Assembly (NCBI GenBank): GCA_963814375.1
Contig: CAWFCQ010000007.1
Location: 128,001 to 192,000, forward strand
Source of the DNA: an uncultured Chloroflexia bacterium
Lineage (GTDB): Bacteria; Chloroflexota; Limnocylindria; QHBO01
Direction: 5' to 3'
Length of the DNA: 64,000 bases
The position numbers and the translations under genes were made by a program. Below the pieces are notes generated by a model that saw only the letters and a list, made by a program, of their open reading frames with translations, had not been told where the DNA came from and made no database searches. Position 1 is the stretch's first letter; each line of letters opens with the position of its first letter. Positions 47,445 through 56,754 of the stretch are shown one piece after another.

Positions 47445-48808
47445 TCGGCGAAGAGCACGCCGGGGTTGAGGATCCTCTTCGGATCCCAGGCGCGCTTGAT
47501 GGCGCGCATGGCGGCCACGGCAGGCTCGCCGCGATCGCGAGCCAGCCAGGCGACTTTCGCCACCCCGATGCCGTGCTCGGCGCTGATGCTGCCCCCGAGC
47601 TCCAGCACGAGCTCCAGGATGGCGTTGTCGACATGCTCGTCATCAGGTGCCGGCCCGATGACGTTGACGTGCACGTTCGCGTCGCCGAGATGGCCGTAGA
47701 CGATGGTGCGAGCGGCGGCGTCCGTCGCGGACACGACGGCGGGCGCGCGCTCGACCATCTCGGCATATCGGCCCAGGGGCACCGACACGTCGAGCTTGTG
47801 CGGGATGCCCTCGGCATTGACCGCCTCGGTGAGCCGCTCGCGGAGCTGCCACAGCCGATGCCGGCCAGCCTCGTCGGCGGCGATGGCAACCGCGTCGCTG
47901 GGCTCGAGGCGATCGAGCGCCGCCACGAGGCCGTCCGTCGGATCCTCCTCGTCGGCGCCGGCCTCGACGAGGAGGTAGACCGGGCAGCGATCCGCGAATG
48001 GTGGCGGGATGGCGGCGTGACGCATGACGAGGTCGAGCGCGGCATCGGTGAAGAGCTCGATCGCGAGCACTGTTCCCAGCTCGCGCCGCAGGTTCCCGGC
48101 CGCGGCGACAGCGGCGGCGGCATCGGCGAGGCCGATGACCGCCACGGCACGTCGGCGCAGCTGCGGCACGAGACTGAGTCGCACGGCGGTGATGACGGCA
48201 AGGGTGCCCTCGCTTCCGGCCAGCAACCCACCGAGGTCGTAGCCGGTGTTGTCCTTCGGCATCCCCGGCAGGCGACGCAGGACGGTGCCGTCCGCCATCA
48301 CGGCCTCGAAGCCGACGACCTGCCGCCGCATCGGGCCATGGCGGAGGACGTTCACCCCTCCGGCGTTGGTGGCGACCATGCCGCCGATCGTGGCCGAGTC
48401 GCGAGCGCCGAGGTCCACGCCGACGTCCCAGCCGGCCGCTCGCGCCGCCGCCTGGACCGCTCCGAGGGTCGCTCCGGCGCCGACGGTCATCTCCCCGGCG
48501 TCCGCGTCAACGTCGCCGATGGATCCCAGCCGCAGGAGGCTCATGACGACTTCACCGCCACGCGGTACCGAGCCTCCGACCAGGCTGGTGTTGCCGCCCT
48601 GCGGCACGACTCCGATGCCGGCATTGGCGCAGGCGCGCAAGCAGTCGCCAACCTCCGACGCGCTGCCCGGACGCACGACCGCGAGCGCCGGGCCGCCGAA
48701 CCGGCGGGTCCAGTCGGTCTCGTACGAGGCGCGCATGGCCGGCTCGGTCAGGAGGTGGCGATCACCGACGATCCGGCGCAGGTTATCGACCAGCCGCTCT
48801 TCGGTCAC
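47441..48808 (-). CDS. FAD-binding oxidoreductase (D-2-hydroxyacid dehydrogenase-like)
   Basis: PQGGNTSLVGG, KDNTGYD, GHLGDANVH, SAEHGIG, LNPG. Confidence 0.92.
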   Translation of the reverse strand: MTEERLVDNLRRIVGDRHLLTEPAMRASYETDWTRRFGGPALAVVRPGSASEVGDCLRACANAGIGVVPQGGNTSLVGGSVPRGGEVVMSLLRLGSIGDVDADAGEMTVGAGATLGAVQAAARAAGWDVGVDLGARDSATIGGMVATNAGGVNVLRHGPMRRQVVGFEAVMADGTVLRRLPGMPKDNTGYDLGGLLAGSEGTLAVITAVRLSLVPQLRRRAVAVIGLADAAAAVAAAGNLRRELGTVLAIELFTDAALDLVMRHAAIPPPFADRCPVYLLVEAGADEEDPTDGLVAALDRLEPSDAVAIAADEAGRHRLWQLRERLTEAVNAEGIPHKLDVSVPLGRYAEMVERAPAVVSATDAAARTIVYGHLGDANVHVNVIGPAPDDEHVDNAILELVLELGGSISAEHGIGVAKVAWLARDRGEPAVAAMRAIKRAWDPKRILNPGVLFAE

Positions 48809-48817
48809 ACGGTGATG

Positions 48818-49606
48818 CTAGGGCTTCCGGCGTCGCTTTCGGGCGAACGCTTCGACTCCGTCCAGATACCGCTCGAGCCCGAACCTGAAGTCGTCCTCGA
48901 TGAACTGAACGTTGTAGTTCTCCGTCCCCTCCGGCACGTCGAACCCGCCTCCCTGGGCTATGCGGCCTGAGATCGGATACCGATCCGGTGACATCTTCTC
49001 CGCGAGGATCGCGTCGCGCTCCGTCCACCACTCCAGCTCGGTCCGCCCGGTGACTCGCTCCGCCATCGCCGCCTCGACCGAGTCGCGCGCGGCACCCCGG
49101 ACGAAGATCGAGAGCGCATCAACCACGCCGACGGCGTCGCGGGCGGGCACCCCGATGTCGGCGACCACCGACAGAGCTGCCTCGTAGGAGTCGAGCTCGT
49201 TCGGACCGAGCACGGCTCGGCCTGAGGCGATGTAGAGGGTCCAAGGGTGTCGATGGTGGAAGTCCCATTGGCTGCGGGCCATCGCACGCAGCTGTTCGCG
49301 ACGCGTGCCCTGAAGTTTCGCCTCGTCGCGGCGCTCGCTGTAGACGGTGTCGAGCATGAGGTCGAGCAGCTCGCCCTTGCCCGGGACATACGTGTAGAGC
49401 GACATCGTCGCGATCCCGAGCCGCTCGGCCACCCGGCGTATCGAGACAGCCTCGAGCCCGTTCGCATCGGCGAGCTCGATCGCGGCGCGCACGACCGACT
49501 CGAGGTCGAGCGCGGGCTTCGGTCCGCGCGTCGGCTTCGTCGTGCGGCCCCACAGCAGCTCCATGCTGCGAACGGCGTCGCCACGCCCGCTGTACTCGGG
49601 GGCCAT
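48818..49606 (-). CDS. TetR/AcrR family regulator with TetR_C domain
   Basis: GPKPAL..AAIELAD..GL..SIRRVAERLGIATMSLYTYV; alternative ATG at 49612. Confidence 0.92.
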   Translation of the reverse strand: MAPEYSGRGDAVRSMELLWGRTTKPTRGPKPALDLESVVRAAIELADANGLEAVSIRRVAERLGIATMSLYTYVPGKGELLDLMLDTVYSERRDEAKLQGTRREQLRAMARSQWDFHHRHPWTLYIASGRAVLGPNELDSYEAALSVVADIGVPARDAVGVVDALSIFVRGAARDSVEAAMAERVTGRTELEWWTERDAILAEKMSPDRYPISGRIAQGGGFDVPEGTENYNVQFIEDDFRFGLERYLDGVEAFARKRRRKP

Positions 49607-49621
49607 CGGCATCGTTCCTTC

Positions 49622-49681
49622 TTGACAAACTCCGTATGGCGTACGGTATCATAGCCCATCCAACCTCGTACACCGTACCGA
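49622..49681. promoter_or_regulatory. Divergent promoters with two putative TetR operators
   Basis: TTGACA at 49622, TATCAT at 49647 (+), TATGAT (-); inverted repeats CCGTA-N5-TACGG (49632-49646) and CGTAC-ACC-GTAC (49667-49678). Confidence 0.7.
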
Positions 49682-49697
49682 TTATCAGGAGATGGGG

Positions 49698-50678
49698 ATG
49701 GAACAAGGGACGAACACGGTGGTCGCCGAAGGCCTCGTGAAGCGCTACGGATCGACTACGGCGCTGGATGGCTTCGATCTGGTGGTGGGTCGCGGACGGG
49801 TCGTCGGCCTGCTCGGACCGAACGGCGCGGGCAAGACGACGGCGATCCGGATCCTGGCGACCCTGCTGCTGCCGGACGGCGGCAGGGCCGAGGTGGCCGG
49901 GTTCGACGTGGTGCGCGACGCTGGGCGTGTCCGGCAGCGGATCGGCCTCGTCGGCCAGAACGCGGCGGTGGACGAGGTCCTGAGCGGACGCCAGAACCTC
50001 GTGATGTTCGGGCGCCTCTTTCACCTGGGCGCGAAGCGGGCGGCCGCGCGCGCGGACGAGCTTCTCGAGCACTTCGCCCTCGCCGACACCGGCCGCAAGC
50101 CGGTGAAGCAGTACTCCGGCGGAATGCGGCGCCGCCTCGACCTCGCCGCCAGCCTCATCCTCGCGCCCGAGGTGCTGTTCCTGGACGAGCCGACGACCGG
50201 CCTCGACCCGCGCGGTCGCAGCGAGGTCTGGGACTCGATCCGCCAGCTGGTTGCGGGCGGTACGGCAGTCGTGCTGACCACCCAGCACCTGGACGAGGCG
50301 GACCAGCTCGCCGACCGCATCTGCATCATCGACACCGGACGCGTGATCGCCGAGGGCACGCCGGACCAGCTCAAGTCACAGATCGGCGGCGACCGGGTCG
50401 ACGTCGTAGTGCGGCAGGTCGCCGACCTGGCCGCGTGCGCAGCCGTCGTCGAGAGGGCCGTAGGCGTGCCGGCCGAGACCGATCACGACCTGCGCCGCAT
50501 CAGCGCGCCGGTGGCCGATCGCGTCGGCGCCATGAGCGAGATCTTCGCGGGACTGAGCGCGACCGGAATCGAAGCGGAGGACCTCGCCGTGCGCCGGCCG
50601 ACCCTGGACGAGGTCTTCATGGAACTCACCGGGCATCCGGCCGAGCCGGCGCCCGACACCGAGGAAGCAGCCGCATGA
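49698..50678 (+). CDS. DrrA-family ABC ATP-binding protein
   Basis: GPNGAGKT, YSGGMRRRLDLA, LDEPTTGLD, PTLDEVF; AGGAG SD favours ATG 49698. Confidence 0.93.
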   Translation: MEQGTNTVVAEGLVKRYGSTTALDGFDLVVGRGRVVGLLGPNGAGKTTAIRILATLLLPDGGRAEVAGFDVVRDAGRVRQRIGLVGQNAAVDEVLSGRQNLVMFGRLFHLGAKRAAARADELLEHFALADTGRKPVKQYSGGMRRRLDLAASLILAPEVLFLDEPTTGLDPRGRSEVWDSIRQLVAGGTAVVLTTQHLDEADQLADRICIIDTGRVIAEGTPDQLKSQIGGDRVDVVVRQVADLAACAAVVERAVGVPAETDHDLRRISAPVADRVGAMSEIFAGLSATGIEAEDLAVRRPTLDEVFMELTGHPAEPAPDTEEAAA

Positions 50679-51520
50679 CCACCACGACCCGACCCGCCGT
50701 TGCCGTTCCGGAGACCTCCGGCTCGCCGCTCGCCCGCCTGCGGTGGACAGCGGCTGACGCCTGGACCTTGACCCTGCGCGGCATCAACCACTGGATCCGT
50801 CAGCCGCTGACCGTCATCGGCGGGCTGGCGTTCATGATCATGCTGGTCGCCCTCTACGGGCTTCTCTTCGGCGGCGCGATCAACGTCCCGGGCGGCGGCT
50901 CCTACATGGAGTTCCTCCTGCCCGGCATGTTCGTGATGGCGATGGCCTTCGGCATCGGCGAGACGATGACCTCGGTGTCGGTCGACGCCGAGCGCGGCGT
51001 GACTGATCGGTTCCGCTCCATGCCGATGGCATCCTCGGCCGTCGTCGTCGGCCGCAGCATCACCGACATGATCTACTCGACCGTCGGGCTGGCCGTGATG
51101 ATCGGCGCGGGGTTGGTGCTCGGCTGGCGCTGGCACGGCAGCCCGGCCGAAACGGCTGCGGCTATCGGCCTGCTCCTGCTGCTTCGCTTCGCGATGCTGT
51201 GGGTCGGGATTTACCTGGGGCTCATCGTCCCCGGTCCGAACGCGCTCAACGCGGTCTGGACCATCCTCTTCCCGCTCACCATGGTCACCGCCGCATTCGC
51301 GCCGCCGGAGACGATGCCACCCTGGCTGGGGTTCATCGCCGAGTGGAACCCGCTGACGGCGACCGTCTACGCCACCCGCGACCTGTTCGGCAACCCGGGC
51401 GCGGACGGCACCTCGTTCGTCGCGCAGAACGCGATCCTCCTGGCCATCGTGTGGCCGATCGTCATCGTCGCGATCTTCCTGCCGCTCTCGGTCAATCGGT
51501 ACCGCAACCTGAGCCGTTGA
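50675..51520 (+). CDS. DrrB-family ABC-2 permease
   Basis: FLLPG, DRFRSMPM, MPPWL..AEWNP; ATGA overlap. Confidence 0.92.
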   Translation: MTTTTRPAVAVPETSGSPLARLRWTAADAWTLTLRGINHWIRQPLTVIGGLAFMIMLVALYGLLFGGAINVPGGGSYMEFLLPGMFVMAMAFGIGETMTSVSVDAERGVTDRFRSMPMASSAVVVGRSITDMIYSTVGLAVMIGAGLVLGWRWHGSPAETAAAIGLLLLLRFAMLWVGIYLGLIVPGPNALNAVWTILFPLTMVTAAFAPPETMPPWLGFIAEWNPLTATVYATRDLFGNPGADGTSFVAQNAILLAIVWPIVIVAIFLPLSVNRYRNLSR

Positions 51521-51540
51521 TCGCGCGCTAGCATCGGTCG

Positions 51541-51927
51541 ATGGCGAACCAGGCCGATGTGCGCCGCATCCTCCTTGCGTTGCCGGAGGTGACCGAGGAC
51601 GCCGGCTCCTTCCACTTCCGCGTAGCAGGCAAGCAGATCGCCTGGGTCTACCCCGAGCGGGTCGACCCCAAGCGACCGCGGGTGCCGAACCCGGACGTAC
51701 TCGTCGTGTGGACCGGCGACGACCTCGACAAGCGGGCCCTGCTTGCACTCGACGCGCGGAAGTTCTTCACGACCGCGCACTACGACGGGTATCCGGCGGT
51801 CCTCGTCCACCTGCGCAAGGTCGGCGAGGCGGAGCTGACCGGCCTCCTCACCGATGCCTGGCGCAGCCGCGCCCCGAAACGCCTGGTGCGCGCGTGGGAG
51901 CAATCGCCGTCATCACCGATGAGTTGA
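51541..51927 (+). CDS. MmcQ/YjbR family protein
   Basis: LALPEV, FRVAGK, FFTTAHYDGYPAVLV, AWRSRAPKRL. Confidence 0.85.
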   Translation: MANQADVRRILLALPEVTEDAGSFHFRVAGKQIAWVYPERVDPKRPRVPNPDVLVVWTGDDLDKRALLALDARKFFTTAHYDGYPAVLVHLRKVGEAELTGLLTDAWRSRAPKRLVRAWEQSPSSPMS

Positions 51928-51946
51928 GAGACGAGGAGCGATCCTT

Positions 51947-52594
51947 ATGGGCATGAGCAAGGTAAGGGTGCACATCTCGACATCGCTGGACGGCTACGTT
52001 GCCGGCCCGAACCAGAGCCAGGAGGAGCCCCTCGGCGAGGGCGGCGAGGATCTTCACAACTGGGTGATCAAGCTGAAGGCGTGGCGCGAGGCCGCCGGTC
52101 TGGAAGGCGGTGAGGAGGACGCCAGCAGCGCCGTGGTGGCGGAGGAGCACGCGAACGTCGGCGCCGAGATCATGGGTCGGGGCAAGTTCGGCCCGGCCAG
52201 CCGCGGCCCATGGGGCGACGATCCCTGGCAGGGCTGGTGGGGCGACGACCCGCCATTCCACAAGCCGGTTTTCGTCCTCACCCATCACGAGCGGGAGCCG
52301 CTGATCCTCTCGGACACGAGCTTCACCTTCGTCACCGATGGCATCGAGCCTGCCCTGGAGCGAGCGAGGGAGGCCGCCGGTGACAAGGACGTCTTCATCG
52401 GCGGCGGCGCCGATGTCATCAACCAGTACCTGGCGGCGGGCCTCGTCGACGAGGTGGAGCTGCACATCGTCCCGCTTCTGCTGGGAGGCGGCGCACGCCT
52501 CTTCGAGGGCGTCGGCCCGGATCTGAAGCTCGAGGAGGTCCGCGCAATCGAGGCGCCCGGGGTGGCGCACCTCAAGTACCGCGTCGTCAAGTGA
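51947..52594 (+). CDS. Dihydrofolate reductase/RibD C-terminal family protein
   Basis: SLDGYVAGP, MGRGKF, VFVLTH, IGGGA, LVDE, LLGGG. Confidence 0.88.
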   Translation: MGMSKVRVHISTSLDGYVAGPNQSQEEPLGEGGEDLHNWVIKLKAWREAAGLEGGEEDASSAVVAEEHANVGAEIMGRGKFGPASRGPWGDDPWQGWWGDDPPFHKPVFVLTHHEREPLILSDTSFTFVTDGIEPALERAREAAGDKDVFIGGGADVINQYLAAGLVDEVELHIVPLLLGGGARLFEGVGPDLKLEEVRAIEAPGVAHLKYRVVK

Positions 52595-53258
52595 GACCGA
52601 GGCTGCGCGGCGGCTCGACCGCGCGCAGCAGGTGCGGACCGTCGTTCGCGACGTGGTTCACGTCGGTGCTCACCGGCCAGATGCGAAGCGTCTCCTCCGG
52701 CGCCGGCCCGAGCATCGGCTCCAGCTCCACCAGCTCGGCGGCCGGATCGAGCCAGGCGTCGAGGAGGTCGGGGCGAAGGATCACCGGCATTCGGCTGTGA
52801 ATCGACTCGACCAGCGCGTTGGGCCGCGTCGTGAGGATCGCCATGGTCGGCGCCTCGTGGCGTGAGTGGCTCCAGATGCCGGCCAGCGCCAGCATCGCGC
52901 CTTCCATGGCCGGCCCGATGGCGTACGGCTGGCGCGGCGTCCGCGCGCGATCCCACTCGTAGAAGGCATCGGCCGGGATCACGCAGCGCTGCCCGCGCAG
53001 CGCCGGCCCGAAGGCCGGTGACGCAGCCGCCGTCTCGGCGCGGGCGTTGATCCAGGATCGTGTTGCATCGGTCCAGAACGGCCGGAAGCCCCATTTCGCG
53101 GCGGCCAGCCGGCGCTCGCCGTCGCGCTCGACGATGATCCGGACCATCTCGGTGGGTGGCACGTTGTAGATGCCGTCGGGCAGGTCGTCATCGGGGTAGG
53201 CGCCGAAGTAGTCACTGATGTGGCGCGACGGCTCGCCCTGGCTGAATCGGCCGCACAT
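52587..53258 (-). CDS. SOS response-associated peptidase (SRAP; YedK/HMCES family)
   Basis: N-terminal MCGRF, INARAET, FYEW, IHSRMPVIL, VSTDVN. Confidence 0.93.
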   Translation of the reverse strand: MCGRFSQGEPSRHISDYFGAYPDDDLPDGIYNVPPTEMVRIIVERDGERRLAAAKWGFRPFWTDATRSWINARAETAAASPAFGPALRGQRCVIPADAFYEWDRARTPRQPYAIGPAMEGAMLALAGIWSHSRHEAPTMAILTTRPNALVESIHSRMPVILRPDLLDAWLDPAAELVELEPMLGPAPEETLRIWPVSTDVNHVANDGPHLLRAVEPPRSLGLT

Positions 53259-53261
53259 CCG

Positions 53262-53780
53262 TCAGGTCCATCCCAGCCAGGCGACGATCTCGGCCGCGAC
53301 CTCGCTGATCGGGCGGTCGTTGTCGACGACGAGGTCCTCGAGCCCCTCGCCGTCGCGCGCCGCGATCTGCTTGCGTGCCACCTCGAGATCGTGCTGGCGC
53401 CCGGCCGTGGGGTTGGGGCTCAGCCGCTCCTCGACCACGCTCAGCGGGACGGTGAGGCGCACCACCTGCAGCGGCATCTCCAGGGTTGCGCGGAGGCTCT
53501 CCAGCTCCGCTCGCGTGGCGTAAGAGCCGGCGAGGACGAAACGGCGCATGCCCGCTTCGCGGAAGTTCGCGAGCATCGGCGCGAGGTTGGCGAGCATGAG
53601 GCGGTTCCCCGCCTCGCCGTGCCCATCGGGGATGTTCGCCCACGACAGCCAGTCGAGGTCGATCGCGGCGTACCGAACATCAGCCGCCTCGAGCACCTCG
53701 GCGATCTCCTCGGCCACCGATGACTTGCCGCTGCCGTACACGCCGATGAGGAGCACGGCGTCGAGCTCGCGATCATCCAT
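53262..53780 (-). CDS. Small P-loop NTPase/kinase-like protein
   Basis: GVYGSGKS, AAIDLD. Confidence 0.75.
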   Translation of the reverse strand: MDDRELDAVLLIGVYGSGKSSVAEEIAEVLEAADVRYAAIDLDWLSWANIPDGHGEAGNRLMLANLAPMLANFREAGMRRFVLAGSYATRAELESLRATLEMPLQVVRLTVPLSVVEERLSPNPTAGRQHDLEVARKQIAARDGEGLEDLVVDNDRPISEVAAEIVAWLGWT

Positions 53781-53814
53781 GCGGCGAGTATGGACGGCAC
53801 GTTGGCCCAGAGAG

Positions 53815-54471
53815 TCAACCCGAAGGCGAGGCGCGTCCCGAGAGCCATCGAGCCGCTGCCGCGAGGTCGGCCACGAGCCCGGCGTAGGTCTCGTCGCGCA
53901 CGTCGTCCGGTGCCCGCAGGACAGCGGACGGATGAATCGTGGCCAGCACCAGGCCGAGCCGCGACTCGATCACCTCGCCGTGCTGGCGCGTGACGCGGAA
54001 GTCCCGACCCAGAACGGCCTGGGCCGCGGTCGCGCCGAGGCAGACGACGAGCTCCGGCCGGATCCGCGCAACCTCGGCCTCGAGCCAGGGCAGGCATGCC
54101 TCGACCTCGCCACGGTCCGGCTTCTGATGGATGCGCTTCTTGCCCGATCGCGCACGGCGCCACTTGAAGTGCTTCACCACATTCGTGAGATAGGCATCCG
54201 AACGCTCGATCCCAGCTTCAACGAGCGCGCGATCGAGCAGCCGCCCCGCGGAGCCGATGAATGGCACGCCCTCCAGGTCCTCGCTGTTCCCGGGCTGCTC
54301 GCCCACGATCAGCAGGCGCGCCCTCGCGGGACCATTGCCAAAGACGGTCTGGGTGGCACGCGACCACAGCTCGCAGGCGCGGCAGCCGCTGGCGAGCTCG
54401 CGCAGCTGCGAGACCGTCGTCGCGTCGGCGAGAGCCTCGTCCCGCTCGGCCCGGTCCAGCCCTTCGCTCAT
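53815..54471 (-). CDS. udgX: UdgX-family uracil-DNA binding protein
   Basis: CRACELW, GEQPG, VKHFKW, R-loop KKRIHQKP, ACLPWL, TIHPSAVLR. Confidence 0.9.
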   Translation of the reverse strand: MSEGLDRAERDEALADATTVSQLRELASGCRACELWSRATQTVFGNGPARARLLIVGEQPGNSEDLEGVPFIGSAGRLLDRALVEAGIERSDAYLTNVVKHFKWRRARSGKKRIHQKPDRGEVEACLPWLEAEVARIRPELVVCLGATAAQAVLGRDFRVTRQHGEVIESRLGLVLATIHPSAVLRAPDDVRDETYAGLVADLAAAARWLSGRASPSG

Positions 54472-54482
54472 GCCACAGCCTC

Positions 54483-54516
54483 AGCACAAGTTCGGCCACC
54501 CGGCGCGGCTCTTGCA
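54483..54516. promoter_or_regulatory. Back-to-back sigma54-like -24/-12 motifs
   Basis: Minus: TGGCCGA-ACTT-GTGCT (54483-54498); plus: CGGCGCG-GCTC-TTGCA (54501-54516). Confidence 0.55.
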
Positions 54517-54546
54517 TGAGCAGCGATCAAGGAGGACCACAGGACC

Positions 54547-54747
54547 ATGACCGATGAGCTCGACCGCCGCGAAGGCGGCGCCTGGATCGGCCAGCACCCC
54601 GATCCGAACACCGAGGAGGTTCGCCGGAACCTCGACCCCGCTGCCGAACGCGTCGCCGTCACCGACAACCAGGTCGGGGATCCACGCGAAAGCGACGACC
54701 AGCCGCACGGCCATGCGGAGCCCGGCCCCGCCGACGGGGCGGACTGA
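54547..54747 (+). CDS. Small acidic hydrophilic protein (66 aa)
   Basis: AAGGAGG/AGGA SD; D/E/P/G-rich. Confidence 0.65.
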   Translation: MTDELDRREGGAWIGQHPDPNTEEVRRNLDPAAERVAVTDNQVGDPRESDDQPHGHAEPGPADGAD

Positions 54748-54756
54748 GGAGGAGCA

Positions 54757-54927
54757 GTGGAACAGGAGCGCGACGCAGGCAAGGTCAACGAGCCGACCGG
54801 CGAGGCACCCGATGCAGGGCTCGCCTACGACCCGGCCATGACCGATACGGACGAGGCAAACATCCCGCCGGCGACCGAGGCCGATCCTCACGAGGAGGGC
54901 CCGATCGAGCGCGAGGACAAGGGCTAG
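54757..54927 (+). CDS. Small acidic hydrophilic protein (56 aa; not in the ORF track)
   Basis: GAGGAGGAG SD then GTG; MEQERDAGKVNEPTGEAPDAGLAYDPAMTDTDEANIPPATEADPHEEGPIEREDKG*. Confidence 0.65.
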   Translation: MEQERDAGKVNEPTGEAPDAGLAYDPAMTDTDEANIPPATEADPHEEGPIEREDKG

Positions 54928-54939
54928 GAAGGGACAAGG

Positions 54940-55377
54940 ATGGTCGACGTTTCCGCACGATCGACGCTCGAGGAGAACAAGGCGGTGGTCCGCCGCTTCA
55001 TCGACGAGATCTTCATGAAGGGCGACTTCGACGCCGTCGACGAGCTGCTGACCGATGACTTCACGCCGCATACCTGGGGACCGATGCCGCCCGGACGCGA
55101 TGGCCTCAAGGACGCGATCGAGCGCGTCAAGTCCGGAATCTCCGACCCGAAGATGACGATCGAGGACGTCATCGCGGAGGGCGACCTCGTTGCGGTGCGG
55201 CTCACGTCATCGGCGACGCACACCGGCGAGTTCATGGGCATGCCGGCCACAGGCAAGACGTACGAGATGGGCGAGATCCACATCTTCCGTCTCCGAGACG
55301 GACAAGTTGCCGAGCATTGGCACCAGGCCGACTTCATGGGGATGATGAAGCAGCTCGGAGCGGCTCCCGGCGGCTGA
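54940..55377 (+). CDS. SnoaL-like ester cyclase family protein
   Basis: ENKAVVRRF, IAEGDLV, HTGEFMGMPATGK, EHW. Confidence 0.88.
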   Translation: MVDVSARSTLEENKAVVRRFIDEIFMKGDFDAVDELLTDDFTPHTWGPMPPGRDGLKDAIERVKSGISDPKMTIEDVIAEGDLVAVRLTSSATHTGEFMGMPATGKTYEMGEIHIFRLRDGQVAEHWHQADFMGMMKQLGAAPGG

Positions 55378-55413
55378 GCGACAAACGCCCGGGAAAGGCC
55401 TAGCATCGGTGGC

Positions 55414-56301
55414 ATGGCCCTCCGCAACGACCCTGACTCGAAGCTCGCCGATTACGCCCACCCCGAGCGCCTCGTCACGACCCATTGGCTGGCGGAGCAC
55501 CTCGACGATCCTGGCCTCGTGGTCGTCGAGTCCGACGAAGACATCCTCATCTACGACACTGGGCACATTCCGGGCGCCGTGAGGGTCGACTGGCACACCG
55601 AGCTCAACGATCCGATCACCCGCGACTACCTGGAGGCCGATCGCTTCGCCGCGCTGATGGGCGAGAAGGGCATCGGCCGCGACACCACCGTCGTCTTCTA
55701 TGGGGACAAGAGCAACTGGTGGGCCGCCTACGCTCTGTGGGTCTTCAGTCTCTTCGGCCATTCCGACCTGCGCCTCCTGGACGGCGGCCGTGCCAAGTGG
55801 GAGGCCGAAGGTCGACCCATGACGACCGATGCTCCCAGCCGCGTTCCCACCGACTACCCGGTGGTCGGGCGTGACGACTCGCGCATCCGCGCCTTCCGCG
55901 ACGAGGTGACCGCGCACCTGGGCAATCCGCTCGTCGACGTCCGCTCGCCGGACGAGTACAGCGGCAAGCTGCTCCACATGCCGAACTACCCGCAGGAGGG
56001 AGCGCTGCGCGGCGGCCACATCCCCGGAGCGAAGAGCGTGCCGTGGGCGAAGGCCGCCAACGAGGACGGAACCTTCAAGTCCCGCGCGGAGCTCGAGTCT
56101 CTGTACCAGGACGAGGTCGGACTTGCGTCTTCCGATGACGTGGTCGTCTACTGCCGCATCGGCGAGCGCTCGAGCCACACCTGGTTCGCGCTGACGCACC
56201 TGCTCGGGTTCGAGAAGGTCCGCAACTACGACGGCTCGTGGACCGAGTGGGGCAATGCCGTCCGGATGCCGATCGAGCGCGAGGTGGAGACCGCAGGATG
56301 A
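55414..56301 (+). CDS. Tandem-rhodanese sulfurtransferase (CysA/SseA-like)
   Basis: GHIPGA twice, active site [18 protein letters not shown]. Confidence 0.93.
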   Translation: MALRNDPDSKLADYAHPERLVTTHWLAEHLDDPGLVVVESDEDILIYDTGHIPGAVRVDWHTELNDPITRDYLEADRFAALMGEKGIGRDTTVVFYGDKSNWWAAYALWVFSLFGHSDLRLLDGGRAKWEAEGRPMTTDAPSRVPTDYPVVGRDDSRIRAFRDEVTAHLGNPLVDVRSPDEYSGKLLHMPNYPQEGALRGGHIPGAKSVPWAKAANEDGTFKSRAELESLYQDEVGLASSDDVVVYCRIGERSSHTWFALTHLLGFEKVRNYDGSWTEWGNAVRMPIEREVETAG

Positions 56302-56732
56302 CGGTCGAGGCGCTGCCGCCGCCGCTGGCCGAGATCGTCGACCTGTTCGCGACCTCTCCGCCGCGCGACCGGCTCGAGCTGCTGCTGGAGTACTCCCAAC
56401 AGCTCCCGCCGTTGCCGGCTCGATACGCCGAGCACCCCGAGCGGCTCGAGCCAGTCCCGGAATGCCAGTCGCCCCTCTTCGTGGCCGCCGAGGTGGGCGA
56501 GGATCGGCTGGTTCACCTGTTCGTGGATGCCCCGGCGGAGGCTCCCACCACGCGCGGCTTCGCCGGGATCTTCCACGCCGGCCTCGAGGGCCTGTCCGCC
56601 GAGGACGTGCTGGCCGTGCCGCAGGACATCACCGGCCGGCTCGCACTGGCGGAGGTCGTCAGCCCGTTGCGCCTGCGCGGCGCCGCGGCCCTGCTCGGGC
56701 GGATCCAGCGCCAGGTGCGAGACCAGACCTAG
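56298..56732 (+). CDS. sufE: SufE family sulfur acceptor
   Basis: [24 protein letters not shown]; ATGA overlap. Confidence 0.85.
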   Translation: MTVEALPPPLAEIVDLFATSPPRDRLELLLEYSQQLPPLPARYAEHPERLEPVPECQSPLFVAAEVGEDRLVHLFVDAPAEAPTTRGFAGIFHAGLEGLSAEDVLAVPQDITGRLALAEVVSPLRLRGAAALLGRIQRQVRDQT

Positions 56733-56754
56733 GGCCGCGGCTCACCGAGGTTGA

